NCBI GenBank assembly: GCA_965228855.1
Contig: CBDDIJ010000003.1
Location: 3,328,001 to 3,392,000, forward strand
Direction of reading: 5' to 3'
Length of the DNA: 64,000 nucleotides
DNA from: Candidatus Obscuribacterales bacterium
GTDB lineage: Bacteria > Cyanobacteriota > Vampirovibrionia > Obscuribacterales > Obscuribacteraceae
Shown here piece by piece: positions 37,914-47,690 of this stretch. The position numbers and the translations under genes are program-made. Numbering within the stretch: position 1 is the stretch's first letter; each line of letters opens with the position of its first letter. The notes below the pieces were generated by a model. It saw only the letters and a program-made list of their open reading frames with translations. It was not told the DNA's origin and did not search any database.

Positions 37914-39536
37914 CTAATCTTCCGACCTGTTCAATATATCTTGATTAAGGACAGTGGTTCGAGTTTCTGTTTTGAACAGCGAAGCCACTAGAATTGTCGT
38001 GAGCGCTCCAAATGTTATTCGCCAAGGAAAGGAAATTACCGGTATCGCATTCAGTGCATCGCTCGGTTTTAAGTTGAAAGTTTCAACCAACTGAGCAGGC
38101 ATTCCTGTGAGCAAACCGACCATACAAAACCCGCTGACCATGGCGATGCAGTTGCCGACATCGGACCCTCGTTCCTTTGTTAAAAAACCGAGAAGGAAAA
38201 TTCCGAGTAGCGACCCATATGTGTATCCAAAAATTCCTAGCACGATTGGAATGATGCGAGAGTCCGGGTGGTTTATCACGAAAAATGCAGTAATGCCGGC
38301 GACAACCGTCATTAGCGCAGCAAATACGATTGTGAAAAACTTTGCCGCACTTACGGCGCCGTCCTCTGTAGCTGCAATTCGCCTGCGCATGTAAAAGTCT
38401 CTGGTAAAACTAGTAGACAGTGCGTTGAGAGCTGCACTCAGCGACCCCATCGCCGTTGCAAAAATTCCAGCAACGAGCAGACCTCGCAACCCAACCGGCA
38501 TGCGCGTCAGAATAAAGTAGGCAAAAACTTCACTGTTTTTGCCTGGAAGGTTAGGATCCGGCGCTTGTTGATAATAACAATTCATCAGAATTCCAATCGT
38601 CAGAAATACAAATGCAATAGGAATGTCAGCAAATCCAGATGCAATTAGTGAAACACGACTTTTTCTATAGTCGCTTGCCGTGAGCATGCGCTGAACCATG
38701 TCCTGATCGGTGCCATGAGTGGCCATGGCTGTGAAGGTGGACCCAAGAATTGCTGCCCAAATCGTATACTCTGACGTTAAAATGCTCCGAAGGTTAGAAG
38801 AGAAAGAGGCACCACTCTCGGTACCAGTCAGAAAGATTGGTGTGGGCGTCCTTGCGAAGAAATCGGTGATTGTAGAAAAGCCGCCCGGCATCGTGAAGAA
38901 CAAAAGCAAGATCGCACCAAGCGCTCCTCCGAACATGACGCTCGATTGAATGCAGTCTGTCCAAACAACGGCCTTTATACCACCAACGGACGTGTACACT
39001 GCCGTTAGAATCGTGATGAACAGAATCGCGCCGAAGTATATCACCATCTGCTGCTCGATTGTCGGCTGCATGCCGGTGACGAGCTGATACCCGACAGCGA
39101 TGATTATCGCAGCGACGTATAGTCTAGCGCCGGAGGCGAGTAATCGAGTCATGAGAAACAAAGCGCTGCCGGCCGTTCTCGTTTTGCTACCAAAACGAAT
39201 CTCCAGATATTCATAGATAGAAAAAACGTTGTAATCAAAAAACGCTTTTATAAATAACCAGGCAACGATAATTCGGCCGATTATTGCTCCGATTAGAATC
39301 TGCAGGTACGAGTAATTGCAAAGCTGAAAACCTTCACCAGGTGCACCGAGAAAGGTAGCAGCACTGGTCTCAGCAGCGATAATCGACGCTAAAACAGCGA
39401 ACCACGGAATAGATCGACCGCCTAATGCAAAGTCTTCAAAAGACTCCTTACCCTTAGCAAATCGTAAGCCGACGTACACGACGAGAACAAAATACGCGCA
39501 GATAACTAGTAGATCGACGATAACATCCATCAACAA
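37914..39536 (-). CDS. Sodium:solute symporter (SSS family)
   Basis: SIIAAETSAATFLGAPG, GGIKAVVWTD.IQ, GTDQDMVQRML and AMGSLSAALNAL. Confidence 0.92.
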   Translation of the reverse strand: MLMDVIVDLLVICAYFVLVVYVGLRFAKGKESFEDFALGGRSIPWFAVLASIIAAETSAATFLGAPGEGFQLCNYSYLQILIGAIIGRIIVAWLFIKAFFDYNVFSIYEYLEIRFGSKTRTAGSALFLMTRLLASGARLYVAAIIIAVGYQLVTGMQPTIEQQMVIYFGAILFITILTAVYTSVGGIKAVVWTDCIQSSVMFGGALGAILLLFFTMPGGFSTITDFFARTPTPIFLTGTESGASFSSNLRSILTSEYTIWAAILGSTFTAMATHGTDQDMVQRMLTASDYRKSRVSLIASGFADIPIAFVFLTIGILMNCYYQQAPDPNLPGKNSEVFAYFILTRMPVGLRGLLVAGIFATAMGSLSAALNALSTSFTRDFYMRRRIAATEDGAVSAAKFFTIVFAALMTVVAGITAFFVINHPDSRIIPIVLGIFGYTYGSLLGIFLLGFLTKERGSDVGNCIAMVSGFCMVGLLTGMPAQLVETFNLKPSDALNAIPVISFPWRITFGALTTILVASLFKTETRTTVLNQDILNRSED

Positions 39537-39928
39537 CCGAACAACCTATAGGGTCGACAAATGATACCACGAGGAGCCCGAGTTTATGAGTCTTTTGGCA
39601 TAGACTCAGTGTTTACGTGCGTACCGACTTACCTCTACTGACTGGCAGTCGGGACAAAAATAAACGATGCGCGATTTCTCTTCTGCCTCGTCCTGTTCAC
39701 CCGCAAGTGCGGACGCGTCCACTTTTCCTGTTCGCCTGGCTCCTTCGCCAACACTTGCGACCACCGGCGTATTAGATGGCGTAACTGCCTGGCGAAGCTG
39801 TTTTACGGGAGTGGCGCACAGCATATAATCCGGCGCCAGTTTCGGTCCGATTTCAATGACAGCTCCGCAACAGGCATTGCGCAATATGCTATGAGAGACA
39901 AGCCTGTAGTCTACGAACAATTTCAATT

Positions 39929-40768
39929 ATGCGAACAATCGAAGATTCGACAGCAGAATATGCTCGCGGTCTGGCCGGCGGTTTTCTCCTGAGTCTTCCG
40001 CTGCTCTACACCATGGAGGTGTGGTGGCAGGGTTTTATACTATCGCCGACACACTTGTTAGCTTTTGTCGGTGTGACATTTGTTTTGCTCTTGGGTTACA
40101 ACCGCTTCTCCGGCATGCGGAGAGACGCAAGTTTCATCGAAGTTGTCATCGACTCAGTAGAAGAACTTGGACTTGGAATTATTCTCTCCACTCTCATACT
40201 GTTTTGCCTGAACAAGATTTGGCTCGGCATGCCGATTGAAGAAGCACTAGGCAAGGTGACTATAGAAGCCATGACCGTAGCAATTGGTGTTTCCGTCGGC
40301 ACGGCTCAACTCATGAGCGACGATGAAGACACCGGCATGGAAGGTGACAGCGAAGACAAAAACAGTTTCGACATGCGAACATTCTTCGAACAAATCTTTG
40401 TGAGCTTTTGTGGAGCGACACTCGTAGGAAGCAGCATTGCTCCGACTGAGGAGGTGCTGCAAATTGCGGTGAGCTCATCTACACCTCATCTAATCAGCTT
40501 GATGATTTTGTCACTGGGCGTTATTGCAGCAGTGCTCTACATGAGCAATTTCAAAGGTGCTGACGAAATTGAAGGCGATAAGCTGCTTGCCAACAAGCTT
40601 GAGACCGTATCTGTAGTGTACGCAATTTCGATTGGGTCGGCATTTCTTTTGCTCTGGATGTATGGTCAAGTCTCCGGTGTGTCACCGGCAGTAGTTATAT
40701 CAGAAGCCATAGTTCTAGCATTCGTCACGTCACTTGGCGCATCGGCAGGGAGGTTACTGATTCAATGA
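39929..40768 (+). CDS. TIGR02587/DUF2391 family membrane protein
   Basis: RGLAGGFLLSLPLLYTMEVWWQG, IAPTEEV and SLGASAGRLL. Confidence 0.88.
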   Translation: MRTIEDSTAEYARGLAGGFLLSLPLLYTMEVWWQGFILSPTHLLAFVGVTFVLLLGYNRFSGMRRDASFIEVVIDSVEELGLGIILSTLILFCLNKIWLGMPIEEALGKVTIEAMTVAIGVSVGTAQLMSDDEDTGMEGDSEDKNSFDMRTFFEQIFVSFCGATLVGSSIAPTEEVLQIAVSSSTPHLISLMILSLGVIAAVLYMSNFKGADEIEGDKLLANKLETVSVVYAISIGSAFLLLWMYGQVSGVSPAVVISEAIVLAFVTSLGASAGRLLIQ

Positions 40769-41229
40769 CGGCGCGTACAACAAACAAAGATAAGGCCACG
40801 ACCAGGCGCTCTTCGCAAAAGGCAAGAGAAACCAAATCAGCCAAGCCCAACTCAACCTCAGGTGCACGGCTGGAGAAAAACTGGCTTGAGTGGACTGTTT
40901 TTGGCTTTAGCTTGATGCTTGTTCTTGGTCTGGTCGGTTACCTCGTGTACCTCGAAATTACACCTTCCAGTAAAGACTTTCAATATGAAATCAGTTTTGA
41001 AAAACCGCAAGAAATCCATGGCAGATACTTGGTTCCTCTGAAAATCGACAACAAAAGCAATAAGTCTGTGCAGGATGTCGCGGTAGAAATATCGTCCGGT
41101 GGAAACAAGGAGTCGGCCGATTTGCAACTCGATTACCTTCCACGACACTCGCACAGAGAAGCTACTGTGTTTTTCAGAGAAAAACCGACTCAGTTGGAAG
41201 GCCACATCAACTCATTCAACATTCCATAG
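40765..41229 (+). CDS. TIGR02588-like partner protein
   Basis: ATGA overlap with the previous gene, KNWLEWTVFG, DYLPRHS.RE. Confidence 0.75.
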   Translation: MTARTTNKDKATTRRSSQKARETKSAKPNSTSGARLEKNWLEWTVFGFSLMLVLGLVGYLVYLEITPSSKDFQYEISFEKPQEIHGRYLVPLKIDNKSNKSVQDVAVEISSGGNKESADLQLDYLPRHSHREATVFFREKPTQLEGHINSFNIP

Positions 41230-41286
41230 GGTTGGCAATGCTGCGTATTGCAGCAGATCCCGCCAACTTTTTCATCGTTTTTCACA

Positions 41287-41304
41287 AGTCACATGAAAGT
41301 CACG
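41287..41304 (+). promoter_or_regulatory. Candidate OmpR-family binding box (GTCAC-N6-GTCAC)
   Basis: AGTCACATGAAAGTCACG, matching the reverse complement of 46865-46882 at 17 of 18 positions. Confidence 0.55.
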
Positions 41305-41374
41305 TGCCGACTTTAGATTTCTGCAACACCGGAACAGAACATAGTTTGCGAAGTTACTATCGAGGTACCAGCCC

Positions 41375-41851
41375 ATGACCGCAGAATCATTTGAACAGCA
41401 CAACTCCCGTGAATTGCAGAATGCAGCACCTGGCGAAGGACTCTCATTTCGCCAGATTATGGAGAGTCTTCCGAACTTCGGCGATCTGACTAACCGCACA
41501 GATACCTGTGCGACCAAAAACCTTCCTAATCTCACAATAGAAAAATGCGTCTCAAACGAAATCATCAATCAGGACAATTCACTGTCCAGTTCTAGAGACT
41601 TCGGCAATCGGGACAAACCAAATCTCAACTCCGATCAGTCACAGGTCAAGCCAGAAAAACCATTTAAGCCAGTTCAGCCACTCGGCGAACTCGACTTACC
41701 TGAAAAAAATCCTCTGAAGCCAGTCCCCAAACCAGGTCTTGGCGGCATCAAAGACTGCCTGCCGGAAAAGCCGCAACGAGAGCCCCACAAACCCATTAAC
41801 AGCCTTGATGGAAAACCGATTGAGGCAAAACCTTATCTGCCAAAGAAATAG
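41375..41851 (+). CDS. Hypothetical Pro/Lys-rich protein
   Basis: GAGG RBS, 158 aa, low complexity. Confidence 0.6.
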   Translation: MTAESFEQHNSRELQNAAPGEGLSFRQIMESLPNFGDLTNRTDTCATKNLPNLTIEKCVSNEIINQDNSLSSSRDFGNRDKPNLNSDQSQVKPEKPFKPVQPLGELDLPEKNPLKPVPKPGLGGIKDCLPEKPQREPHKPINSLDGKPIEAKPYLPKK

Positions 41852-41949
41852 CGCGCTCTCTAAGATGAATTCAATTTTGCCAGGCTGGGTACAATGTGCT
41901 TCAGAGCTCCTCTGAGGCACATCCCACTTGGAGAGCAGAATCGCTGCGC

Positions 41950-43737
41950 ATGAAAAATCGGTTAACGCGGAAACTCTTACTAATTGTCGCAATCCCGGTA
42001 ACTTTTGAGTTGGCGCTTTTTTCGACCTGCGCCGTAATGCTCAATATCGCTGAAATTGAGAGTGCCAACGAGTCTAGAACAATACGCGTGATGGCGCGGA
42101 TGGCACCGGTTCTGGTATCATCCGTCAGTAGCGTGACCCTGACGGCACGCGCGTTGCTCAGGAAACAGGCTGTTGACCCTGCTCATCGCTCGGCCGAACG
42201 ACTTGCCGTACAGCATGAAATAGACTCGTTTTTGAAAGTCGCCACCGATTCCGAGTTCGCAGAATATCAGCGACAAATTCGTGCGATCTGTGATGCGGCG
42301 GAAAAATTAGGCGACTGCCTGGATCAGGTCACAAGTACGATTACGAATCGAACGGAAAGTGTTCGCGCGCTGTTTGACCTTCGCGACGCCGTATCGACTA
42401 TCGACCAAACGTCTCAGATAATTTTGAATGATCTAAAGAGAAACCGCCGGGAGCTTGCAGAAAGTGATGCAGTCGTGCGACGCGCCTTTCACTTCATACT
42501 CTGGAGCAGTCTGGCAATGAGTTTTTGTGTTGCGATAATCGGCTTAATTGCGTTCGAGAAACTACTGTCAAAACCGTTGAAGGAGTTGATCAAGCTATCG
42601 AACGGACTTGCTGAGGGCATCCCGGTCGATGAGATGGAACCGATGCAACACGCTAATGATGAAATTGGAGACTTAGGTCGCGCCTTTGAATCGATGGCAG
42701 CAGAATTGGAAAAGCGGACAGGCACGGAGCGCGCGATCTTTGAAAACAGCGCTGATATTATTTGCACCATCGACAAAGAAAATCGTATTCAAATAATCAA
42801 CAACGCGGCAAAGACACATCTAGGTTTCGAACCTCGTCGTCTGGTTGATTGCGAGATTAGCGAGCTTCTGCCGGAAAAGCAAAAATCTAACGTTTTAAAT
42901 CGACTGGAAGAGATTCGAGAAAAGGAAACTTATGGCTCATTCGAGTCGACTCTTTTGAAAGAAAATGGTATCGAATTTGATGTCGTCTGGTCCGTGCGCT
43001 GGTCAAGTCAAGACGAGCTGCTTTACTGCTGCTTGTACAACATCGACTTTGAGCGAAAAACCGAACAGTTCGCAAAGAACTTAAGAACAATCGTCGTTAT
43101 CGAATTGACCCAGGCGTTAAAGGAAGCAAGATCCTCGGTCCTCAAACTCAAGAGTAGTGAAACAAAAACGACGCAAAAACTTGATCTTCTAGACAGCAAT
43201 TTCTTGAAGACAGTCAATCTTCTTAAAACACTTGGCGATGCAATTTCACAAGAATCAACCGATATTCCTTTGTCGACAAAACCCACCGAAGTTGCTGATC
43301 TACTAAAGGAAAGTCTGGAGTCGGTTTCTTTTCTGGCAAAACAAAAGTCAGTGAATATAATCGTCACTACCAGGAACGTTGATTCAATCGTAATGGACCC
43401 GGCACAGATTCAGAGGGTTGTAGTCAATCTGCTTTCCAACGCGATCAAAGCGTCTCCACAGGGCGGAGAGATAAAGGTTCTAGCAAGACTAGACGGGCAG
43501 TTTATTCACTTTGAGATCGCCGATCAAGGTCCCGGAATTCCCCTCAACAAACAACATATGCTGTTCGAACGGTTCAATCAGGTAGGAAAGCTACAGTCGG
43601 AAGAAGGCAAAGGTTCCGGTTTAGGTTTATACAGCGCAAGACAAATCGTTGAAGCACATGGTGGCACAATTGGTGTCATCAGCGACGGGCAAAACGGTTG
43701 CACTTTTCGGGTGACACTACCGGCGAGGCAGCAATGA
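41950..43737 (+). CDS. Sensor kinase-like protein (TM-HAMP-PAS-HATPase) lacking the phospho-acceptor His
   Basis: N box NLLSNAIK, G1 DQGPGI, F box LFERF and G2 GSGLGL are intact. The H-box position reads TIVVIELTQAL. Confidence 0.85.
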   Translation: MKNRLTRKLLLIVAIPVTFELALFSTCAVMLNIAEIESANESRTIRVMARMAPVLVSSVSSVTLTARALLRKQAVDPAHRSAERLAVQHEIDSFLKVATDSEFAEYQRQIRAICDAAEKLGDCLDQVTSTITNRTESVRALFDLRDAVSTIDQTSQIILNDLKRNRRELAESDAVVRRAFHFILWSSLAMSFCVAIIGLIAFEKLLSKPLKELIKLSNGLAEGIPVDEMEPMQHANDEIGDLGRAFESMAAELEKRTGTERAIFENSADIICTIDKENRIQIINNAAKTHLGFEPRRLVDCEISELLPEKQKSNVLNRLEEIREKETYGSFESTLLKENGIEFDVVWSVRWSSQDELLYCCLYNIDFERKTEQFAKNLRTIVVIELTQALKEARSSVLKLKSSETKTTQKLDLLDSNFLKTVNLLKTLGDAISQESTDIPLSTKPTEVADLLKESLESVSFLAKQKSVNIIVTTRNVDSIVMDPAQIQRVVVNLLSNAIKASPQGGEIKVLARLDGQFIHFEIADQGPGIPLNKQHMLFERFNQVGKLQSEEGKGSGLGLYSARQIVEAHGGTIGVISDGQNGCTFRVTLPARQQ

Positions 43738-45503
43738 AGTTAACCAATTCGATGTTTGCCAAGGTCGCGCTTATGCTGTGCATGCCTATGCTATTCGAGG
43801 TCAGCGTTATCATGACTTCAATCGGTCTGCTAAACCAGATAGATGCCGCGCGCGTAGAGAAGCGAAAAATTGGAAAAGTAGTTTACACCTACATAGATAC
43901 ATTGGATGCAATGATTAGCGACTACACAAAAGTCGCTGTATCTCTAGAAGGTAAAGAGACCGCATCCAGACAAGGATTAAACGCCCAGTTCACGCGGGCT
44001 CAAACGGGTCTAGATGATCTGTTCAAGGTTTGCTCAGAGAATGGTATTCCATGCAAAGACATCAAACGCAAAGTGATGACAAACCGCCGGCGGTTTGTAG
44101 AAGGCCGAAATGCACCTGATGAAATAAATTCTGCGCAGATTCAAAAGAGGACAGAAGCACGAGAGATCGTCAATGACGTCATCGGAATAGTAGACCAACG
44201 AGTAATGGCTCGAGTCAATTCGCTAAAAGAAGCGGAGGAATCTGAAAAAGCTCTGTTTTTGCGTATGAGCGGTTTGCTGTTTCTTGCATTTGCTGTCAGT
44301 GTGGTGTTGACTGTAAGTCTCTGCCTGCTGATCAGCAAAATGATTACCGTCAGGATTGATCATATACGAAAAAATACCGAGCGCCTCGCCAAAGGCGATC
44401 AATTGCTTCCCCCACTACGGGGTAGCGATGAAATTTCGCAGCTTGACCAGAACTTTCATGACATGAAAGATGCGCTCGTTTCAGCTGATCTGAGAAACCA
44501 GATGATTCTGGACAATTCAATAGACCTCATTTGTGCCGTCGATCGGGACCTTCAATTCGTGAAGGTGAGCAACTCAAGCGAAAACTTCTGGCAGATAAAA
44601 CCTGAGGAATTGCTTGGTCGCGCACTCTCAGAGTTCATAACATCAGATTTGCAGCTGAGCTTTATCAAAAATTTCGACGACGCTCGGGAATCTCTGGAAG
44701 TAAAACATTTTGAGGCAACCACGACAGCAGGTGAAAACTCGTTGCCGTGCCTCTGGTCTATTCAATGGTCAGACAAAGACCAGCTGTTCATATGCATCGC
44801 ACATGATAATACAGAACGGAAATCGGCAGAGGCGCGCAGACAAGATCTGCTTGCGGTAATTTCACACGATCTGCGAAGTCCGCTAACAGCAGCCAGACTT
44901 TCTCTTGAGATGTTAGAGCACGATAAGAGTTTGAAAACTCAATCCGAACACCTTGATTCAGCCAGCTCATCAGTCAACTATGTCATCTCGGTGACGAATG
45001 ATCTCATCGACCTGCTTCGAATACAACAATCTCGTTTAACTTTAGAACTTAAATTGAGTACAATCGCCAAGACAAAGGAACTAATCGAAAACCAGATGGA
45101 TAGCCAGGGAGTGGACATTGATATCAATGTAGAGCTCTCGGACGCAGCTTATTTAATGCTGGATGAAGACCAATTGCCCAGAATGATAGTCACTCTTGCC
45201 AAGCACACGAGGCTGGTCTGCGGAGACGCACCTGTTTCTCTGACAATCACTACGCTACCGGCAATCAGATTGTTGAACGATGAAGATGCAGACGACCGAA
45301 TCATCTTTCGACTGGAGCCGGCGAGTCAAAACAGGAAAGATGCCAACAGACGAGTGCAATCGGCGAAAAGAATCAGCTCAGAGATTTCACTGACGCTTTG
45401 TCACGAAATAGCGGAACGCTTGCAAGGACATATTTATACCAGCTGGACGGCTCAGGGACTGCCTACATATGAACTTCGGTTGCCCGCCATCGCATTGGGT
45501 TAA
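43734..45503 (+). CDS. Sensor kinase-like protein (TM-HAMP-PAS-HisKA) with degenerate ATPase domain
   Basis: Intact H box ISHDLRSPL. No N, G1 or G2 box is recognisable. ATGA overlap with the upstream kinase. Confidence 0.85.
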   Translation: MKLTNSMFAKVALMLCMPMLFEVSVIMTSIGLLNQIDAARVEKRKIGKVVYTYIDTLDAMISDYTKVAVSLEGKETASRQGLNAQFTRAQTGLDDLFKVCSENGIPCKDIKRKVMTNRRRFVEGRNAPDEINSAQIQKRTEAREIVNDVIGIVDQRVMARVNSLKEAEESEKALFLRMSGLLFLAFAVSVVLTVSLCLLISKMITVRIDHIRKNTERLAKGDQLLPPLRGSDEISQLDQNFHDMKDALVSADLRNQMILDNSIDLICAVDRDLQFVKVSNSSENFWQIKPEELLGRALSEFITSDLQLSFIKNFDDARESLEVKHFEATTTAGENSLPCLWSIQWSDKDQLFICIAHDNTERKSAEARRQDLLAVISHDLRSPLTAARLSLEMLEHDKSLKTQSEHLDSASSSVNYVISVTNDLIDLLRIQQSRLTLELKLSTIAKTKELIENQMDSQGVDIDINVELSDAAYLMLDEDQLPRMIVTLAKHTRLVCGDAPVSLTITTLPAIRLLNDEDADDRIIFRLEPASQNRKDANRRVQSAKRISSEISLTLCHEIAERLQGHIYTSWTAQGLPTYELRLPAIALG

Positions 45504-45528
45504 AATATAGACTCGGAGAATTGGACCT

Positions 45529-46203
45529 ATGGCGAAAATCTTAGTTGTCGAAGACGACGAGTCACTCGTACTCGAATTGAAGGAGATTCTCTCTCAAGAG
45601 GGTCATGTCGTTGATGTCGTCAATGATGGGCGCTCGGCGCTGGAGTCTCTGAAGAATTTCACTTACGAATTGCTAATTTTCGATGTCAATATTCCTGAGA
45701 TAAACGGCGTCCAACTTTGTACGCAATTCAGAGCCGCCGGTGGTATCACACCGGTGCTGATGCTCACAGGATTATCCTCGGACGCGGACAAGGAAACAGG
45801 CTTGGACTCAGGCGCCGATGATTATTTGACAAAACCATTCAGCTCCCGCGAGTTGCAAGCACGTATCAGGGCTCTGCTCCGGCGCTCTCCCGTCGCGCCA
45901 TCCAGCGCTCTCAAATATCGCGACCTGGTCGTCGACACGACAACCAAATCTGTTAAACGCGGTGAAAAAGATATCAAACTGTGGCCAAAGGAGTACGATG
46001 TCCTCGTTTATCTCCTGAAGCACATCAATCATGTATTCGATGCAGACGCTCTATTGAATCGAGTCTGGCCCATGGAGGCCGAAACATCTCCTGAAGCGAT
46101 TCGACAATGCGTAAAGCGCCTTCGCGAAAAAATAGATATCGATGGAGAGCCCTCGATTATCTCCACAGTCAAAGGCTTCGGTTACACAATCAAAGATATT
46201 TGA
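45529..46203 (+). CDS. OmpR/PhoB-family response regulator
   Basis: ILVVEDD, LIFDVNIP (phospho-Asp), GADDYLTKPF and winged-helix TVKGFGY. Confidence 0.95.
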   Translation: MAKILVVEDDESLVLELKEILSQEGHVVDVVNDGRSALESLKNFTYELLIFDVNIPEINGVQLCTQFRAAGGITPVLMLTGLSSDADKETGLDSGADDYLTKPFSSRELQARIRALLRRSPVAPSSALKYRDLVVDTTTKSVKRGEKDIKLWPKEYDVLVYLLKHINHVFDADALLNRVWPMEAETSPEAIRQCVKRLREKIDIDGEPSIISTVKGFGYTIKDI

Positions 46204-46241
46204 ATCCGCAGGTTGAACGTTACCAAACAAACTTTGACGTA

Positions 46242-46280
46242 ACTAAACTGCCAGCCGACTCACATCGACTGGCAGTTAGT
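46242..46280. terminator. Hairpin between convergent genes
   Basis: AACTGCCAG...CTGGCAGTT inverted repeat. Confidence 0.5.
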
Positions 46281-46313
46281 CTTCGCTGCACTAAAATCTA
46301 TATAGAGGAACAG

Positions 46314-46808
46314 TTACTTCCGTCCTTGACCTTCCGCCTCGACAGAAAGGACACGGCTATTGGTTTCTAAATCGAAAACCGATACGGTATAACTACTCAC
46401 AGGCATGCGCCCTTCTTCCGGTACAACCTTAACGACTCGACCAGAAGGCTCAAGACGCTGGTTAAGCTGCTCCGCTACGCAATCCATGGTGGCACTACCG
46501 GACGAAGAAGCATCGCTGAATAGCTCCTCGAGGCGGGAAGCAGGCTGCGATTTATTATTCAGTTTTCCATCACTCAATTGGTCGGCGAGCTTGTCCAAAC
46601 CGGCAGCAGGTGCAGCGCCGTTACAAATATCCAGTGCTGGAAGAATCCCCTGCAGGTTTTCCGAACCTTGACCGGTTGTTCGTCCCCCTTTAACGAAGTC
46701 CTGACGGATTTCGTCAAACAGTTGTCGACCCAAATTTTGCTCGTTGCTATTAGTAAGTGTTTTGCCATCAGAGCTGGCATCAAACGGTCGTTCAATGAAT
46801 GTAGACAT
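46314..46808 (-). CDS. Hypothetical protein
   Basis: GAGGAG RBS, 164 aa. Confidence 0.65.
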   Translation of the reverse strand: MSTFIERPFDASSDGKTLTNSNEQNLGRQLFDEIRQDFVKGGRTTGQGSENLQGILPALDICNGAAPAAGLDKLADQLSDGKLNNKSQPASRLEELFSDASSSGSATMDCVAEQLNQRLEPSGRVVKVVPEEGRMPVSSYTVSVFDLETNSRVLSVEAEGQGRK

Positions 46809-46864
46809 TTTAGAAACTCCTCAGAACATTCGTTCGCTGGACAAGGAGGAGCCTAAAATCAACG

Positions 46865-46882
46865 CGTGACTTTCGTGTGACT
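46865..46882 (-). promoter_or_regulatory. Candidate OmpR-family binding box (second copy)
   Basis: Minus strand AGTCACACGAAAGTCACG, 56 nt upstream of ATG 46808. Confidence 0.55.
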
Positions 46883-47159
46883 CTAAAGTCATGCTGGCTG
46901 GAGTTCCAGAAGCGATGCGTAAATACGCAGATCTAATGCGCGAACTCTCCTTCAATCTATTCGTTTCTACTAATAAACTGAACACATACAAGAATCTCGA
47001 ACGAGATCAACCCCGACCGCATCCGCCCTCCCTGACTGCTCGAATTGAACGACCATCTGCCGCTGAAGCGGAACTTTATTACCACCACTCGCTCTAACAT
47101 TCGTGACGGGAACTGCTCAATCCGCATTTCCGATTCCCACACGAACGGAAGGACTATAT

Positions 47160-47690
47160 ATGAGAATTGAACATTTTAACCATGCCACCGCCAGTGATGC
47201 TGGCACATCAGGAATCGCACGCAGATTGCTGGACGACTCCTGGACGCCACCATCTGAGAAACAACAAACGAAGCCAATTGAAAAACCGGACGCGCTTAAC
47301 AGTCCTGAGCAGCGCTTCAAAGATATGATAGAAAGCGCCAAAGAAGGCCGAATCGACTCGACAGCAAAATTGATGATGCTCAATGCTCTGGTGGAGGGCA
47401 ACGTACCTGGAATGTATGCGGCAGGAAACAAACTGAATCAAGCGCTTACAGAAGCCGGAGCAGACTACCGCGTCAGACTCGGCATAATGGAAGACGAGTC
47501 AGGCGCAGCGGACATAAGTTTCGCGCTTGTCAAATCGGACGAGAAAGCCGAAACAATTCTCCAGGATCTCGTCGACAAAGGTGACAACAGCCAGTATCGA
47601 GAGCGCGGCATGCACATCAGCATTCCGGCACCTGAGCAAGAAGAGCCTCAAATCATGATGCCGGAGCCGCGTCGCCAGTTCGACATCTAA
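47160..47690 (+). CDS. Hypothetical protein
   Basis: GAAGGA RBS before ATG 47160. Confidence 0.6.
   Translation: MRIEHFNHATASDAGTSGIARRLLDDSWTPPSEKQQTKPIEKPDALNSPEQRFKDMIESAKEGRIDSTAKLMMLNALVEGNVPGMYAAGNKLNQALTEAGADYRVRLGIMEDESGAADISFALVKSDEKAETILQDLVDKGDNSQYRERGMHISIPAPEQEEPQIMMPEPRRQFDI

Noticed and set aside
39606..39926. 106-aa minus-strand ORF with a CPDC motif
   Set aside because: No clear RBS, it starts 2 bp from the divergent gene's ATG, and it has only one CxxC. A shorter real peptide cannot be excluded.
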